32,000 nucleotides of DNA, taken from Mycolicibacterium smegmatis. Lineage in GTDB: Bacteria > Actinomycetota > Actinomycetes > Mycobacteriales > Mycobacteriaceae. Positions 16,946 through 25,485 of this stretch are shown piece after piece (the stretch's first letter is position 1; each line of letters starts with the position of its first letter). The position numbers and the translations under genes are program-made. The notes beneath the pieces are model-generated. The model made no database searches, was not told the origin of the DNA, and saw nothing but the letters and a program-made list of their open reading frames with translations. The stretch is taken from assembly GCF_001457595.1 (NCBI RefSeq), contig NZ_LN831039.1, forward strand, positions 3,780,001 to 3,812,000, written 5' to 3'.

Positions 16946-18124
16946 GACCCGGTGCGGCCGCAGGGCGCCCGCCAGCACGATCGCCAGCACACCCGCGGCG
17001 GGCACCACCAGCAGTCCGGCGCGCAGGCCTGCGGCGTCGGCCACCACACCGACCAGCAGCGGCGCACCGAAAAATCCCACGCGCATGAGCCAGGTGACGG
17101 CGGTCAGCCCCGTTCCGGGCCGCAGGCCCGGCAACTGATCGGCGGCGTGCATGGCCGCGGGGATCAGGGTGGCGACACCGAAACCGGCCGCGGCGAATCC
17201 GGCGATCGAGCCCGCCGTGGACGGGAACGCCAGGGCGGCGCCCATCCCCACCGCGGCGATGAGCCCTCCGGCGCGCACCACCGCGGTCTCGCCGAACCGG
17301 TCGACCAGGCGGTCGCCGATCATGCGGCCGATGAACATGAAGCCGACGAGCGCGATGTAACCGAACGCGGCGACCGCGGGTGGGGTGTGCAGTGTGTCCC
17401 GCAGATACAACGTCGCCCAGGAACTTCCGGCGTCCTCGACCGTCGCTCCCGCGATCGCGATCACCACGAGCGCGAGCAGGATCAGGTAGGTGCGCGGCCC
17501 GGCCCGCAACCCGGCCGGGGCGTGGGCCGCCGGATGGTCGTCGTGGTCGTCGCCGGGCAGCAGGAAGCGGAACGCCGCGAGCGCGACGATGCTGAACACC
17601 ACGGCGATCGCCGCGAGGTGCACACCGCGGGGGATGTGCATGGCGATGGTGGCCGCGCCGGTGAGCCCGCCGAGCACCGCGCCGATCGCCCACACCGCGT
17701 GCAACGAGTTGATGATCGAGCGGCCGTACTCGCGTTGCACGCGCAGCCCGTGGGCGTTCTGCGCGACGTCGACGATCGAGTCGCACGCCCCGGCGAGGAA
17801 CAACGCCCCCGCGAACAGGATCGGCGTCGGCGCCAGGCCCGCGGCGAACACGAACACCGCGAGCGCCACCGTGAGGGTGACCCCGACCCGCGAGCTGCGG
17901 AACCGCCGGATGAGCGCGCCTGCGGTCAGTCCCGCGATCAGCGCCCCGGCCGAGAACGCCGCCACGGCCGCACCGTAGGTGGCGTTGCTCAACTGCAGGT
18001 CGGTCTTGATCTCCGGATAGCGCGGCAGCAGGTTGGCGAAGATCGCCCCGTTCGTGAGGAACAGGGCCGCAACGGCAACCCGGGCGCGACGCGTCGTCAC
18101 GGGGTCACGCTGTTCTGTCACCAC
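16904..18124 (-). CDS. MFS transporter
   Basis: This is the C-terminal 406 codons of track ORF 16904..19072. The remainder of that ORF is antisense to malQ. The product is polytopic (…AVAALFLTNGAIFANLLPRYPEIK…). GTG at 18122-18124 is preceded by TAGTGT-N7. Confidence 0.8.
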   Translation of the reverse strand: MVTEQRDPVTTRRARVAVAALFLTNGAIFANLLPRYPEIKTDLQLSNATYGAAVAAFSAGALIAGLTAGALIRRFRSSRVGVTLTVALAVFVFAAGLAPTPILFAGALFLAGACDSIVDVAQNAHGLRVQREYGRSIINSLHAVWAIGAVLGGLTGAATIAMHIPRGVHLAAIAVVFSIVALAAFRFLLPGDDHDDHPAAHAPAGLRAGPRTYLILLALVVIAIAGATVEDAGSSWATLYLRDTLHTPPAVAAFGYIALVGFMFIGRMIGDRLVDRFGETAVVRAGGLIAAVGMGAALAFPSTAGSIAGFAAAGFGVATLIPAAMHAADQLPGLRPGTGLTAVTWLMRVGFFGAPLLVGVVADAAGLRAGLLVVPAAGVLAIVLAGALRPHRVSVGDAGQLDREHT

Positions 18125-18131
18125 TGAGGCG

Positions 18132-18137
18132 ACACTA
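18132..18137 (-). promoter_or_regulatory. -10-like hexamer TAGTGT, 7 nt upstream of the MFS GTG
   Basis: Minus strand reads TAGTGT-CGCCTCA-GTG. Confidence 0.3.
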
Positions 18138-18367
18138 CCGCTCGGGTTTATGCGCGGGCCTGCGCGGGCAGCCTTGGCGCATGCTCGCTGGTTCTGCTGA
18201 TTCCCCCGCGTGCGACCTACGCGCCGCACACGCTCACCCCGTTGTGCCCGATTACATTGGCGCACAACGTATACCGGCGCAGTACGGGCTGCCGTACCGT
18301 GCGGGCGGATCGGCCGTTGGGCGAGGTCGGGCGACGCGATCGCTCGCGGCACCCCAAGATTGACGCC

Positions 18368-20572
18368 ATGACCACCACATCGGACACATCTGGCGCCCCC
18401 GGACCCGGTTCGGCCTCGCCGGTTCTCGCCGAACTCGCCTCCCGGTACGGCGTGGCCGTCGACTACGAGGACTGGGCCGGCCGCCGTATCGCGGTGCCGG
18501 AATCCACCCTGGTGGCGGTGCTCGACGCGCTCGGCGTCGACGCGGGCACCGAGGACAGCCGCGCGGCGGCGCTGGCCGCACATGATCGCGAGTACTGGCA
18601 GCGACCGCTGCCGCCGATCGTGCTGGGCCGGTCCGGCGCCACGTCCACATTCTGGGTGCACGTGACCCACGGCGACGCGGTCGAGGTGTTCCTGACCCTT
18701 GAGGACGGCACCACGCGCACCGGGTTGCGGCAGGTGGAGAACAACCGCCCGCCCTTCGACCTCGGGGATCGACTGGTCGGCGAGGCCTCCTTCGAGCTTC
18801 CCGCCGATCTGCCACTGGGCTACCACCGTCTGCACGTACGCGTCGACGGGGCACGGGGCTTCGAAGCCGAGACCCCGGTGGTCCTCTCCCCCGCCAGGTT
18901 GGCGCTGCCCACCCGGCTGGGAGCGCGGCGCGCTTGGGGCATGGCCGTGCAGCTCTACAGCGTCCGCTCCAGGAACTCGTGGGGCACAGGAGATCTGACC
19001 GACCTGGCCGATCTGGCCGTGTGGTCGGCAGCGCGGCACGGCGCGGGCTTCGTGCTCATCAACCCGCTGCACGCGGCGTCGCCTGCCCCGCCCATGGAGC
19101 CGTCCCCGTACCTGCCGACCTCACGGCGCTTCGTCAACCCGCTGTATCTGCGCGTCGAGGCGATCCCCGAGTACGCCGAGGTGCGCGGCCGTGGCCGGAT
19201 CCGCAAGATCCGAACCACGGTCAACCAGCGCGCGGTCCGCAACGGGCGCATCGACCGCGACGCCGCCTGGAAGGCCAAACGCGCTGTCCTGCAACAGGTG
19301 TACCGTGTGCCGCGATCAGCCGGGCGCAACATCGCGTATGCGGCCTACCGGGCCCGCGAGGGCCGCAGTCTCGACGATTTCGCGACCTGGTGCGCCCTGG
19401 CCGAACGCTACGGCAGCGATTGGCACACCTGGCCGGCCGAACTGCAGCATCCGCGCCGCGAGGAGGTGGCGGCATTCGCGGCAGCGCACCACGACGCCGT
19501 CGACTTCCATCGCTGGCTGCAGTGGCAACTCGACGACCAGCTGACGGCCGCGCAGGCCACCGCCACACAGGCGGGCATGGAGCTCGGCATCATGAGCGAC
19601 CTTGCGGTCGGGGTCGATCCGGACGGCGCCGACGCGTGGTCGCTGCAGGAGGTACTCGCGCTCGGGGTCAGCGCAGGTGCGCCGCCCGACGAGTTCAACC
19701 AGTTGGGTCAGGACTGGTCACAGCCGCCGTGGCGGCCCGACAAACTCGTCGAGCACGCATACGAGCCGTTCCGCGCCGTGGTCAACACCGCGCTGCGGCA
19801 CTCCGGCGGCGTGCGCATCGACCACATCATCGGCATGTTCCGGTTGTGGTGGATTCCCAAGGGCGCGGCACCGACCGACGGCACCTACGTGCGCTACGAC
19901 CACGAGGCGATGATCGGCATCATCGCCCTCGAAGCACACCGGTCCGGCGCGGTGGTGGTCGGCGAGGACCTCGGCACGGTCGAACCGTGGGTGCGTGACT
20001 ACCTGCACGACCGCAGCCTGTTCGGCACGTCGATCCTGTGGTTCGAATCGGACGAGGGCCGGGGCCCCCTGCCCGCCGAGCGCTGGCGCGAGTACTGCCT
20101 GTCGTCGGTGACGACGCATGATCTGCCGCCCACCGCGGGTTACCTGGCCGGTGAGCACGTGCGCCTACGCGAGGAACTCGATCTGCTCACCCGGCCTGCC
20201 GCGGAGGAACTGGCCGAGGATCGCGCCGCGCAGGCCGCGTGGCTCGACGAGTTGCGGCGCGTCGGGCTGCTCGGTCCGGATCCGTCACCCGACACCGAGA
20301 CCGTGGTGCTGGCCCTGCACCGCTACCTGGGCCGCACGCCGTCGAAGCTGCTGGCGTTGTCGCTGACCGACGCGGTCGGCGATCTGAAGACGCAGAATCA
20401 GCCGGGCACCACCGACGAGTACCCCAACTGGCGCGTACCGCTGTCCGGTCCCGACGGCCGTCCGCTGCTTCTGGAGGAGGTGTTCGACGACGTCCGCGCC
20501 GCGCGTCTCGCGGATGCGATGGCGGGCATCACGCGAGGCGCCACGAGAGGCGGGACGGAAGGACAGCTGTAA
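18368..20572 (+). CDS. malQ: 4-alpha-glucanotransferase (amylomaltase)
   Basis: 734 aa from an internal ATG of track ORF 18242..20572. The N-terminus LAELASRYGVAVDYEDWAGRRIAVPESTL and the GH77 core (WGMAVQLYSVRS, PLHAASP, IDHIIGMFRLWWIP, VVGEDLGTV, TTHDLPPTAGY) are colinear with mycobacterial MalQ. No clear SD or -10 element marks the start. Confidence 0.9.
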   Translation: MTTTSDTSGAPGPGSASPVLAELASRYGVAVDYEDWAGRRIAVPESTLVAVLDALGVDAGTEDSRAAALAAHDREYWQRPLPPIVLGRSGATSTFWVHVTHGDAVEVFLTLEDGTTRTGLRQVENNRPPFDLGDRLVGEASFELPADLPLGYHRLHVRVDGARGFEAETPVVLSPARLALPTRLGARRAWGMAVQLYSVRSRNSWGTGDLTDLADLAVWSAARHGAGFVLINPLHAASPAPPMEPSPYLPTSRRFVNPLYLRVEAIPEYAEVRGRGRIRKIRTTVNQRAVRNGRIDRDAAWKAKRAVLQQVYRVPRSAGRNIAYAAYRAREGRSLDDFATWCALAERYGSDWHTWPAELQHPRREEVAAFAAAHHDAVDFHRWLQWQLDDQLTAAQATATQAGMELGIMSDLAVGVDPDGADAWSLQEVLALGVSAGAPPDEFNQLGQDWSQPPWRPDKLVEHAYEPFRAVVNTALRHSGGVRIDHIIGMFRLWWIPKGAAPTDGTYVRYDHEAMIGIIALEAHRSGAVVVGEDLGTVEPWVRDYLHDRSLFGTSILWFESDEGRGPLPAERWREYCLSSVTTHDLPPTAGYLAGEHVRLREELDLLTRPAAEELAEDRAAQAAWLDELRRVGLLGPDPSPDTETVVLALHRYLGRTPSKLLALSLTDAVGDLKTQNQPGTTDEYPNWRVPLSGPDGRPLLLEEVFDDVRAARLADAMAGITRGATRGGTEGQL

Positions 20573-20651
20573 CGCCCGAGGCCTCCGCAGCGGTTTCACA
20601 TTCGTCACAGCTGCGATATGTTCGCAACCGCAACCGACTGACGGAGATCAC

Positions 20652-21062
20652 GTGAAGAAGCTTGTTGTACTCGGCGGCGGCCTGGTCGTCGCGGGCTCGG
20701 TCGCCCTGCTCGGCGCGGGGATCGCCACCTCGCAGCCGACCTCGGCCTCGATCAACGTGGTCGGCGAGCCGTACATGAAGGCACTGCAGATCCTCAAGAG
20801 CCAGGGCCTCAAGGCCACGTTCGGCGGCTCCCGCGGAAGCGCGCTGCCGCAGGCCGAGTGCCTGGTGGATTCTCAGAAGATCAATTCCAGCGGCAAGGTG
20901 ATCCTGATGCTGGACTGCACCGAGGCGGCCGCGCAGCAGGCGCAGGACACCGCGGTCTCCGGCGGCCCGCGCGTCGGCAGCAACGGCGTCACCACCGTGA
21001 CCCCCACCCCGGTCGTGCCCATCGCAGGTGCGCCCGGTGCGGGCACCCCGCCGCCGGCCTGA
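20652..21062 (+). CDS. Small exported protein with a single PASTA-like domain and a Pro/Thr/Gly-rich tail
   Basis: GTG preceded by GGAG, with signal peptide VKKLVVLGGGLVVAGSVALLGAGIATS. INVVGEPYMKALQILKSQGLKATFGG…CLVDSQ…GKVILMLDC resembles the PASTA alpha/beta pattern. The domain call is by eye only. Confidence 0.6.
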   Translation: MKKLVVLGGGLVVAGSVALLGAGIATSQPTSASINVVGEPYMKALQILKSQGLKATFGGSRGSALPQAECLVDSQKINSSGKVILMLDCTEAAAQQAQDTAVSGGPRVGSNGVTTVTPTPVVPIAGAPGAGTPPPA

Positions 21063-21079
21063 CGCCCGCCAGATCCACC

Positions 21080-21116
21080 GACGAGCCCGTGATCCACACC
21101 GGATCGCGGGCTCGTC
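21080..21116 (+). terminator. 16-bp stem-loop immediately downstream of the exported-protein gene
   Basis: GACGAGCCCGTGATCC (21080-21095) pairs with GGATCGCGGGCTCGTC (21101-21116), with one T-G wobble and a 5-nt loop ACACC. No U-tract follows it. Confidence 0.5.
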
Positions 21117-21227
21117 TGTCTCATGCGCGACACGCGCTGATGCAGGCCCGACGCAAACAAGCGGTACCGGCGTTCCCACGTACTTTGTACACTGCTGGGC
21201 AGACCACTCACGCCAGGGAGGCCCGAC

Positions 21228-22127
21228 ATGTTGCGTCCACTGCGGTTCGACCACGAGATCGATCCGGGACCGGTGCAGATCCAGGCCCGCAAGGTGCATT
21301 TCGATCTCAGCGACATCCCACTGCACTGGATTCCCGGACACCCCGTCGCGTCGACCATGGTCAACCTGTTCAACGTGGTGCTCCCGGTCGCCGAGCACTG
21401 GTTCGTCGACACGTTCAACGAGGCGCTGCCCTATGTGCGGGACCCGAAACTCGCCGACGACATGCGCGGCTTCATCGGCCAGGAGGCCACGCACGCCGAG
21501 ACCCACGACAAGGTGCTCGAGGAGTTCCTCACCGCCCACGACGTGCACTACCAGCCCATCCTCGAACTCGTCGACCACGTCTTCAACACGATGCTCGCAC
21601 CCAAGCCCGCGACCGACCCGCGCAGGCGCCTCAACGATCTGTGCGACCGGTTGTGGCTCATCGCGGCGATCGAGCACTACACCGCGGTGCTCGGCGATTT
21701 CGTGCTCAACTGCGCCTGGGATGACCACCACGCCGATCCGACCCTGACCGACCTCTTCCGCTGGCACGGCGCCGAGGAGGTCGAGCACCGCAGCGTGGCG
21801 CACGACGTCGCGGTCTACTTCCAGGACAGTTATCTGGCCCGCGTGCGGGCCATGACCATCGCGGCGACCGCGGTGTACATGTTCTTCCAGCGCGGGACGT
21901 GGGCGATGATCCGAAAGGACCCCACGGTCGACATCGGCTGGTGGAAGATGCACCGCCTGCGTATGCGGGATTCGAAACTCGGCCTGCTGCCCAAGTTCTC
22001 GACACTGTTCGGCACCAACACGCTCGCGTACTGCCGGCCGTCGTTCACCCCCGATCAGATGGGCTCGACCGCGCAGGCCGTCGCGTACCTGGCCAGTTCG
22101 CCCGCCGCGCGGGCCGCGCACCTGTGA
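21228..22127 (+). CDS. 'Predicted metal-dependent hydrolase'-type protein (COG3687/PF10118-like) carrying a diiron-carboxylate-style E…ExxH…E…ExxH pattern
   Basis: 299 aa with GGGAGG 6 nt upstream. The candidate ligands are E56 (VAEHW), E86-x-x-H89 (QEATH), E149 (AIEHY) and E184-x-x-H187 (EEVEH). Confidence 0.7.
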   Translation: MLRPLRFDHEIDPGPVQIQARKVHFDLSDIPLHWIPGHPVASTMVNLFNVVLPVAEHWFVDTFNEALPYVRDPKLADDMRGFIGQEATHAETHDKVLEEFLTAHDVHYQPILELVDHVFNTMLAPKPATDPRRRLNDLCDRLWLIAAIEHYTAVLGDFVLNCAWDDHHADPTLTDLFRWHGAEEVEHRSVAHDVAVYFQDSYLARVRAMTIAATAVYMFFQRGTWAMIRKDPTVDIGWWKMHRLRMRDSKLGLLPKFSTLFGTNTLAYCRPSFTPDQMGSTAQAVAYLASSPAARAAHL

Positions 22128-23242
22128 CGGCGATGTTGTCGCGATACCGTCAGCTGCCGCCGAGCACCAACGGGCGTTTCCGGCACGACCCGATGCTCGC
22201 CATGGCGCAGATCGCCATCAAGACCATGTGGGGCGTGACGCGCCACATCCGCAGGCCGTCGCCGCCACCGGCGCTCGACCGCACGATCGGGTTGCGGGTC
22301 GTGGATCGCCGTGTCGTCGCGCACGATCAGGATGTCATCGCGCTGACGTTGGCGGCCGACGACGGCGGCGCGCTGCCGCGGTGGTATCCGGGAGCGCACA
22401 TCGACCTGCACCTGCCCAGCGGCCGCATCCGGCAGTACTCGCTGTGCGGTGATCCGGCTGCGGGCACATACCGGATCGCGGTGCGGCGCATCCCCGAAGG
22501 CGGTGGTGGTTCCGTCGAGATCCACGACACCGTGCACATCGGTTCCCGGCTCACCACGCACGGCCCGCGCAACGCGTTCCCGCTCACGGTCCCCGGTTAC
22601 GGGTCGCCCACGCAGCGGTTCCGGTTCATCGCGGGCGGGATCGGTATCACGCCGATCCTGCCGATGCTCGACCTCGCACAGCGACTCGGTGTCGACTGGT
22701 CGATGATCTACGCCGGGCGGCATCTCGACAGCTTGCCGTTCCTGTCGGAACTGCAGCGTTACGGCGACCGGATCCGCATCCGCACCGACGATCGCGATGG
22801 TCTGCCCAGTGCGTCGGACCTGCTCGGCGAATCCCCCGGGGGCACCACGGTCTACGCGTGCGGCCCGGCCCCCATGCTGACCATGCTCCGGTCCGCGCTG
22901 GTCGGCCGCGATGACGTGGAACTGCACTTCGAGCGGTTCGCCGCACCGCCGGTGGTCGACGGCGCGGAGTTCTCGGTGCGGATCGCGTCGACGGGTCAGA
23001 CGGTGCCGGTGGCCGCCGACGAGACCTTGCTGGCGGCGCTCAACCGCGCCGGGGTGTCCGCGCCGTACTCGTGTCAGCAGGGGTTCTGCGGCACGTGCCG
23101 GGTCCGGGTCCTACCGCGTGACGGCGACGGTGCCGTGCAGCACCGGGACACGCTGCTCACCGAGCCCGAACGGGCCGCCGGGTACCTGCTCACGTGCGTC
23201 TCACGTGCCGGAAACGGTCAGCGACTGACCATCGAACTCTGA
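22124..23242 (+). CDS. PDR/VanB-family oxidoreductase (FMN + NAD(P)H domains + C-terminal plant-type 2Fe-2S ferredoxin)
   Basis: RQYSLCGDP (flavin site), [14 protein letters not shown] (NAD site) and [13 protein letters not shown]…LLTCVSR (2Fe-2S). The GTG start overlaps the upstream stop (GTGA). An alternative ATG lies at 22133. Confidence 0.85.
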   Translation: MTAMLSRYRQLPPSTNGRFRHDPMLAMAQIAIKTMWGVTRHIRRPSPPPALDRTIGLRVVDRRVVAHDQDVIALTLAADDGGALPRWYPGAHIDLHLPSGRIRQYSLCGDPAAGTYRIAVRRIPEGGGGSVEIHDTVHIGSRLTTHGPRNAFPLTVPGYGSPTQRFRFIAGGIGITPILPMLDLAQRLGVDWSMIYAGRHLDSLPFLSELQRYGDRIRIRTDDRDGLPSASDLLGESPGGTTVYACGPAPMLTMLRSALVGRDDVELHFERFAAPPVVDGAEFSVRIASTGQTVPVAADETLLAALNRAGVSAPYSCQQGFCGTCRVRVLPRDGDGAVQHRDTLLTEPERAAGYLLTCVSRAGNGQRLTIEL

Positions 23243-23252
23243 TCTGCGGCGG

Positions 23253-23258
23253 TAGCAT
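23253..23258 (+). promoter_or_regulatory. -10-like hexamer TAGCAT, 7 nt upstream of the pknF ATG
   Basis: TAGCAT-TCGGCGC-ATG, with no SD. Confidence 0.3.
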
Positions 23259-23265
23259 TCGGCGC

Positions 23266-24747
23266 ATGCCACTGGCCGCTGGGGAGACATTCGCGGGCTA
23301 CAACATCATTCGGCTGCTGGGGTCCGGGGGGATGGGTGAGGTGTACCTCGCCGCGCACCCGCGGCTCCCCCGCCAGGATGCGCTCAAGGTGCTGCCCACG
23401 TCGATCTCCGCGGACCCCGAGTACCGCGAACGTTTCAACCGCGAGGCCGACGTCGCTGCCGCCCTGTGGCATCCGCACATCGTCGAGATCCACGACCGCG
23501 GCGAGCACGACGGGCAACTGTGGATCGCGATGGACTACGTCGACGGCACCGACGCGGCCCGGCTGCTCAAGGAGCAGTACAGCGGCGGCATGCCCCCGCA
23601 TCAGGTGTGCGAGATCGTCACGGCGATGGCGGGTGCTCTCGACTACGCCCACCAGCGGGGTCTGCTGCACCGCGACGTCAAGCCGGCCAACATCCTGCTC
23701 GGCCACCCCGGCACCGACGACCAGCGGATCATGTTGGCCGATTTCGGCATCGCCCGCTATGCCGACGAGGCCAGCGGCCTCACGGTGACCAACATGACGG
23801 TCGGAACCGTCACCTACGCCGCGCCCGAGCAACTGCTGGGAAACCACCTCGACGGGCGCGCCGATCAGTACGCACTCGCCGCCACGGCGTACCAACTGCT
23901 CACGGGCCGCACGCCGTTCGAGCACTCCAACCCGGCGGTGGTGATCAGCCAGCACCTGTCCGCGGCGCCTCCCGCGGTGGGCACGCACCGCCCGGACCTG
24001 GCCACGCTCGATCCGGTGTTCGCCAAGGCGCTGGCCAAGGACCCCAAGGATCGCTACGCCCGGTGCGCCGATTTCGCGCGCGCACTGCGTCATCGGCTCG
24101 GGACCGACGCCGATGTCGCGGACCCCGACGCCACGCGACTCGCCCCGGTCGCCAGGCACGCGGCCCCGCACAAACGGCCGAAGACGGCCGCGTTGATCGC
24201 CGGCGTTCTCGGCGTGCTGCTGGTGGCCGCGATCGTCGTTGCGGCAGTGGAGTTCCGGCGCGCCGACGACGAACGTCCCGTCGCCCGGGCTTCAGGCGCG
24301 GCGACCACCACCAGCCACACCACGACCCCGGTGACCACCGCGCCGGCCTCGCCGTTGCCCGAGGTGACCGATACCGTGACCATCACCGACACCGCAACGG
24401 ATACCGCGGCAGTCGACACGTCGACTCCCGCGACGACAACCGCTGCGACCACGGCGGCCGCCGCCGCGGCGCAGACCGCCGTGATCGGCGCGTCGTGCTC
24501 ACCGGTGGGCGCCACGGCGACCACGTCCGACGGTTCGACGGCTTACTGCTCGACACTTGCGACCACGGGCGCCTCGATCTGGTCGCTCACGCAGGGCACC
24601 ATCCCGAGCCCCACGGTCACGCCCGCCGCGACCGACGAACCTCTGCCCTTCGCCGAGGAGTCGCCGGTGCGGGTGTGCATGCAGCAGACGGGGATGACGC
24701 GCCGCGAGTGCCGCGAGGCGATCCGTCGCAGCAACGGCCTGCCCTGA
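23266..24747 (+). CDS. pknF: Transmembrane Ser/Thr protein kinase, PknF-like
   Basis: 493 aa: [43 protein letters not shown]…[11 protein letters not shown]…DFGIA…TVTYAAPE. It has a single TM ([22 protein letters not shown]), a Thr/Ala/Pro-rich linker, and a Cys-containing C-terminal ectodomain ending [14 protein letters not shown]. It is colinear with M. tuberculosis PknF (Rv1746) as I remember it. Confidence 0.88.
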   Translation: MPLAAGETFAGYNIIRLLGSGGMGEVYLAAHPRLPRQDALKVLPTSISADPEYRERFNREADVAAALWHPHIVEIHDRGEHDGQLWIAMDYVDGTDAARLLKEQYSGGMPPHQVCEIVTAMAGALDYAHQRGLLHRDVKPANILLGHPGTDDQRIMLADFGIARYADEASGLTVTNMTVGTVTYAAPEQLLGNHLDGRADQYALAATAYQLLTGRTPFEHSNPAVVISQHLSAAPPAVGTHRPDLATLDPVFAKALAKDPKDRYARCADFARALRHRLGTDADVADPDATRLAPVARHAAPHKRPKTAALIAGVLGVLLVAAIVVAAVEFRRADDERPVARASGAATTTSHTTTPVTTAPASPLPEVTDTVTITDTATDTAAVDTSTPATTTAATTAAAAAAQTAVIGASCSPVGATATTSDGSTAYCSTLATTGASIWSLTQGTIPSPTVTPAATDEPLPFAEESPVRVCMQQTGMTRRECREAIRRSNGLP

Positions 24748-24995
24748 TCAGCGGCTCTCGCCGTGGTCGATGGACTTGAGGCACACCGTCCGGCGCGACG
24801 ACAGCCCCGAAGTCGCCGTGACTTGCGGCACATCGCTTAGCTGCATCTGAGTGGGGTCGACTTGCCACGACATCCCGGTCGCGCAGCCCGTCAGGGGAGG
24901 AAGCCGCTGGGCAGGGCGTTGGCTAACCTCGTTGCCACCCGATACTCGCTCTTTGCCCGACAATCGCCCACTCATGCTCTTCTCAGCAAAAGACA

Positions 24996-25421
24996 ATGGT
25001 TGACACAATGAGGGCGTGGCGACACGGCTGCGAATCAACTACGTTGGCCAGTGACCAAGCGAGGCGATTGTTTGCCGCACGCGGCGAGAGGTGGCCAGAA
25101 GTGACAGCCCTGCACCAGCCGTACGATGTTCGGATCGACGCCGCCCCGGACCCGGACCGCCCCGACACAGCATCGATCTGTGGGCACACACCGCGGGATC
25201 TCCGTATCGCCGCGGCAAATCAGCTCGCGCTCTGGGCGGCGGGCCAAGAGTGCGACGACTTCCGTCGCGAGTACCTGACCGAACTGGTCGCCGACCTGCG
25301 GGCCGCCGCCATCGACGTCGCCGCCGATCAGCTCGACCTGTGGCGAGCCGGCAAGGCCTGCGACGAGCAGCGCCGCGTATCAGTGCTCGCGCTGGTCGCC
25401 GAGCTGCGCGCGCAGTCCTGA
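24996..25421 (+). CDS. Hypothetical 141-aa protein with an internal 36-aa tandem repeat (orphan; start uncertain)
   Basis: This is the only frame here with ordinary amino-acid composition. Third-position G/C rises through the ORF. No SD or -10 element marks the start, and I recognise no domain. Confidence 0.45.
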   Translation: MVDTMRAWRHGCESTTLASDQARRLFAARGERWPEVTALHQPYDVRIDAAPDPDRPDTASICGHTPRDLRIAAANQLALWAAGQECDDFRREYLTELVADLRAAAIDVAADQLDLWRAGKACDEQRRVSVLALVAELRAQS

Positions 25422-25485
25422 CTCCCAGGGCCTCCGCCTCCGGCCTCCAGGGCGTCTGGCATCAGGCCCCGCTCACTCAGCACCG

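Noticed and set aside
18125-19072. N-terminal 316-codon extension of the MFS ORF (track ORF 16904..19072)
   Set aside because: It is antisense to malQ and the malQ promoter region and shows no membrane-protein character. The MFS domain starts right after the GTG at 18124.
20529-22121. 530-aa minus-strand ORF
   Set aside because: It is antisense to three well-supported plus-strand genes and has shadow-frame composition.
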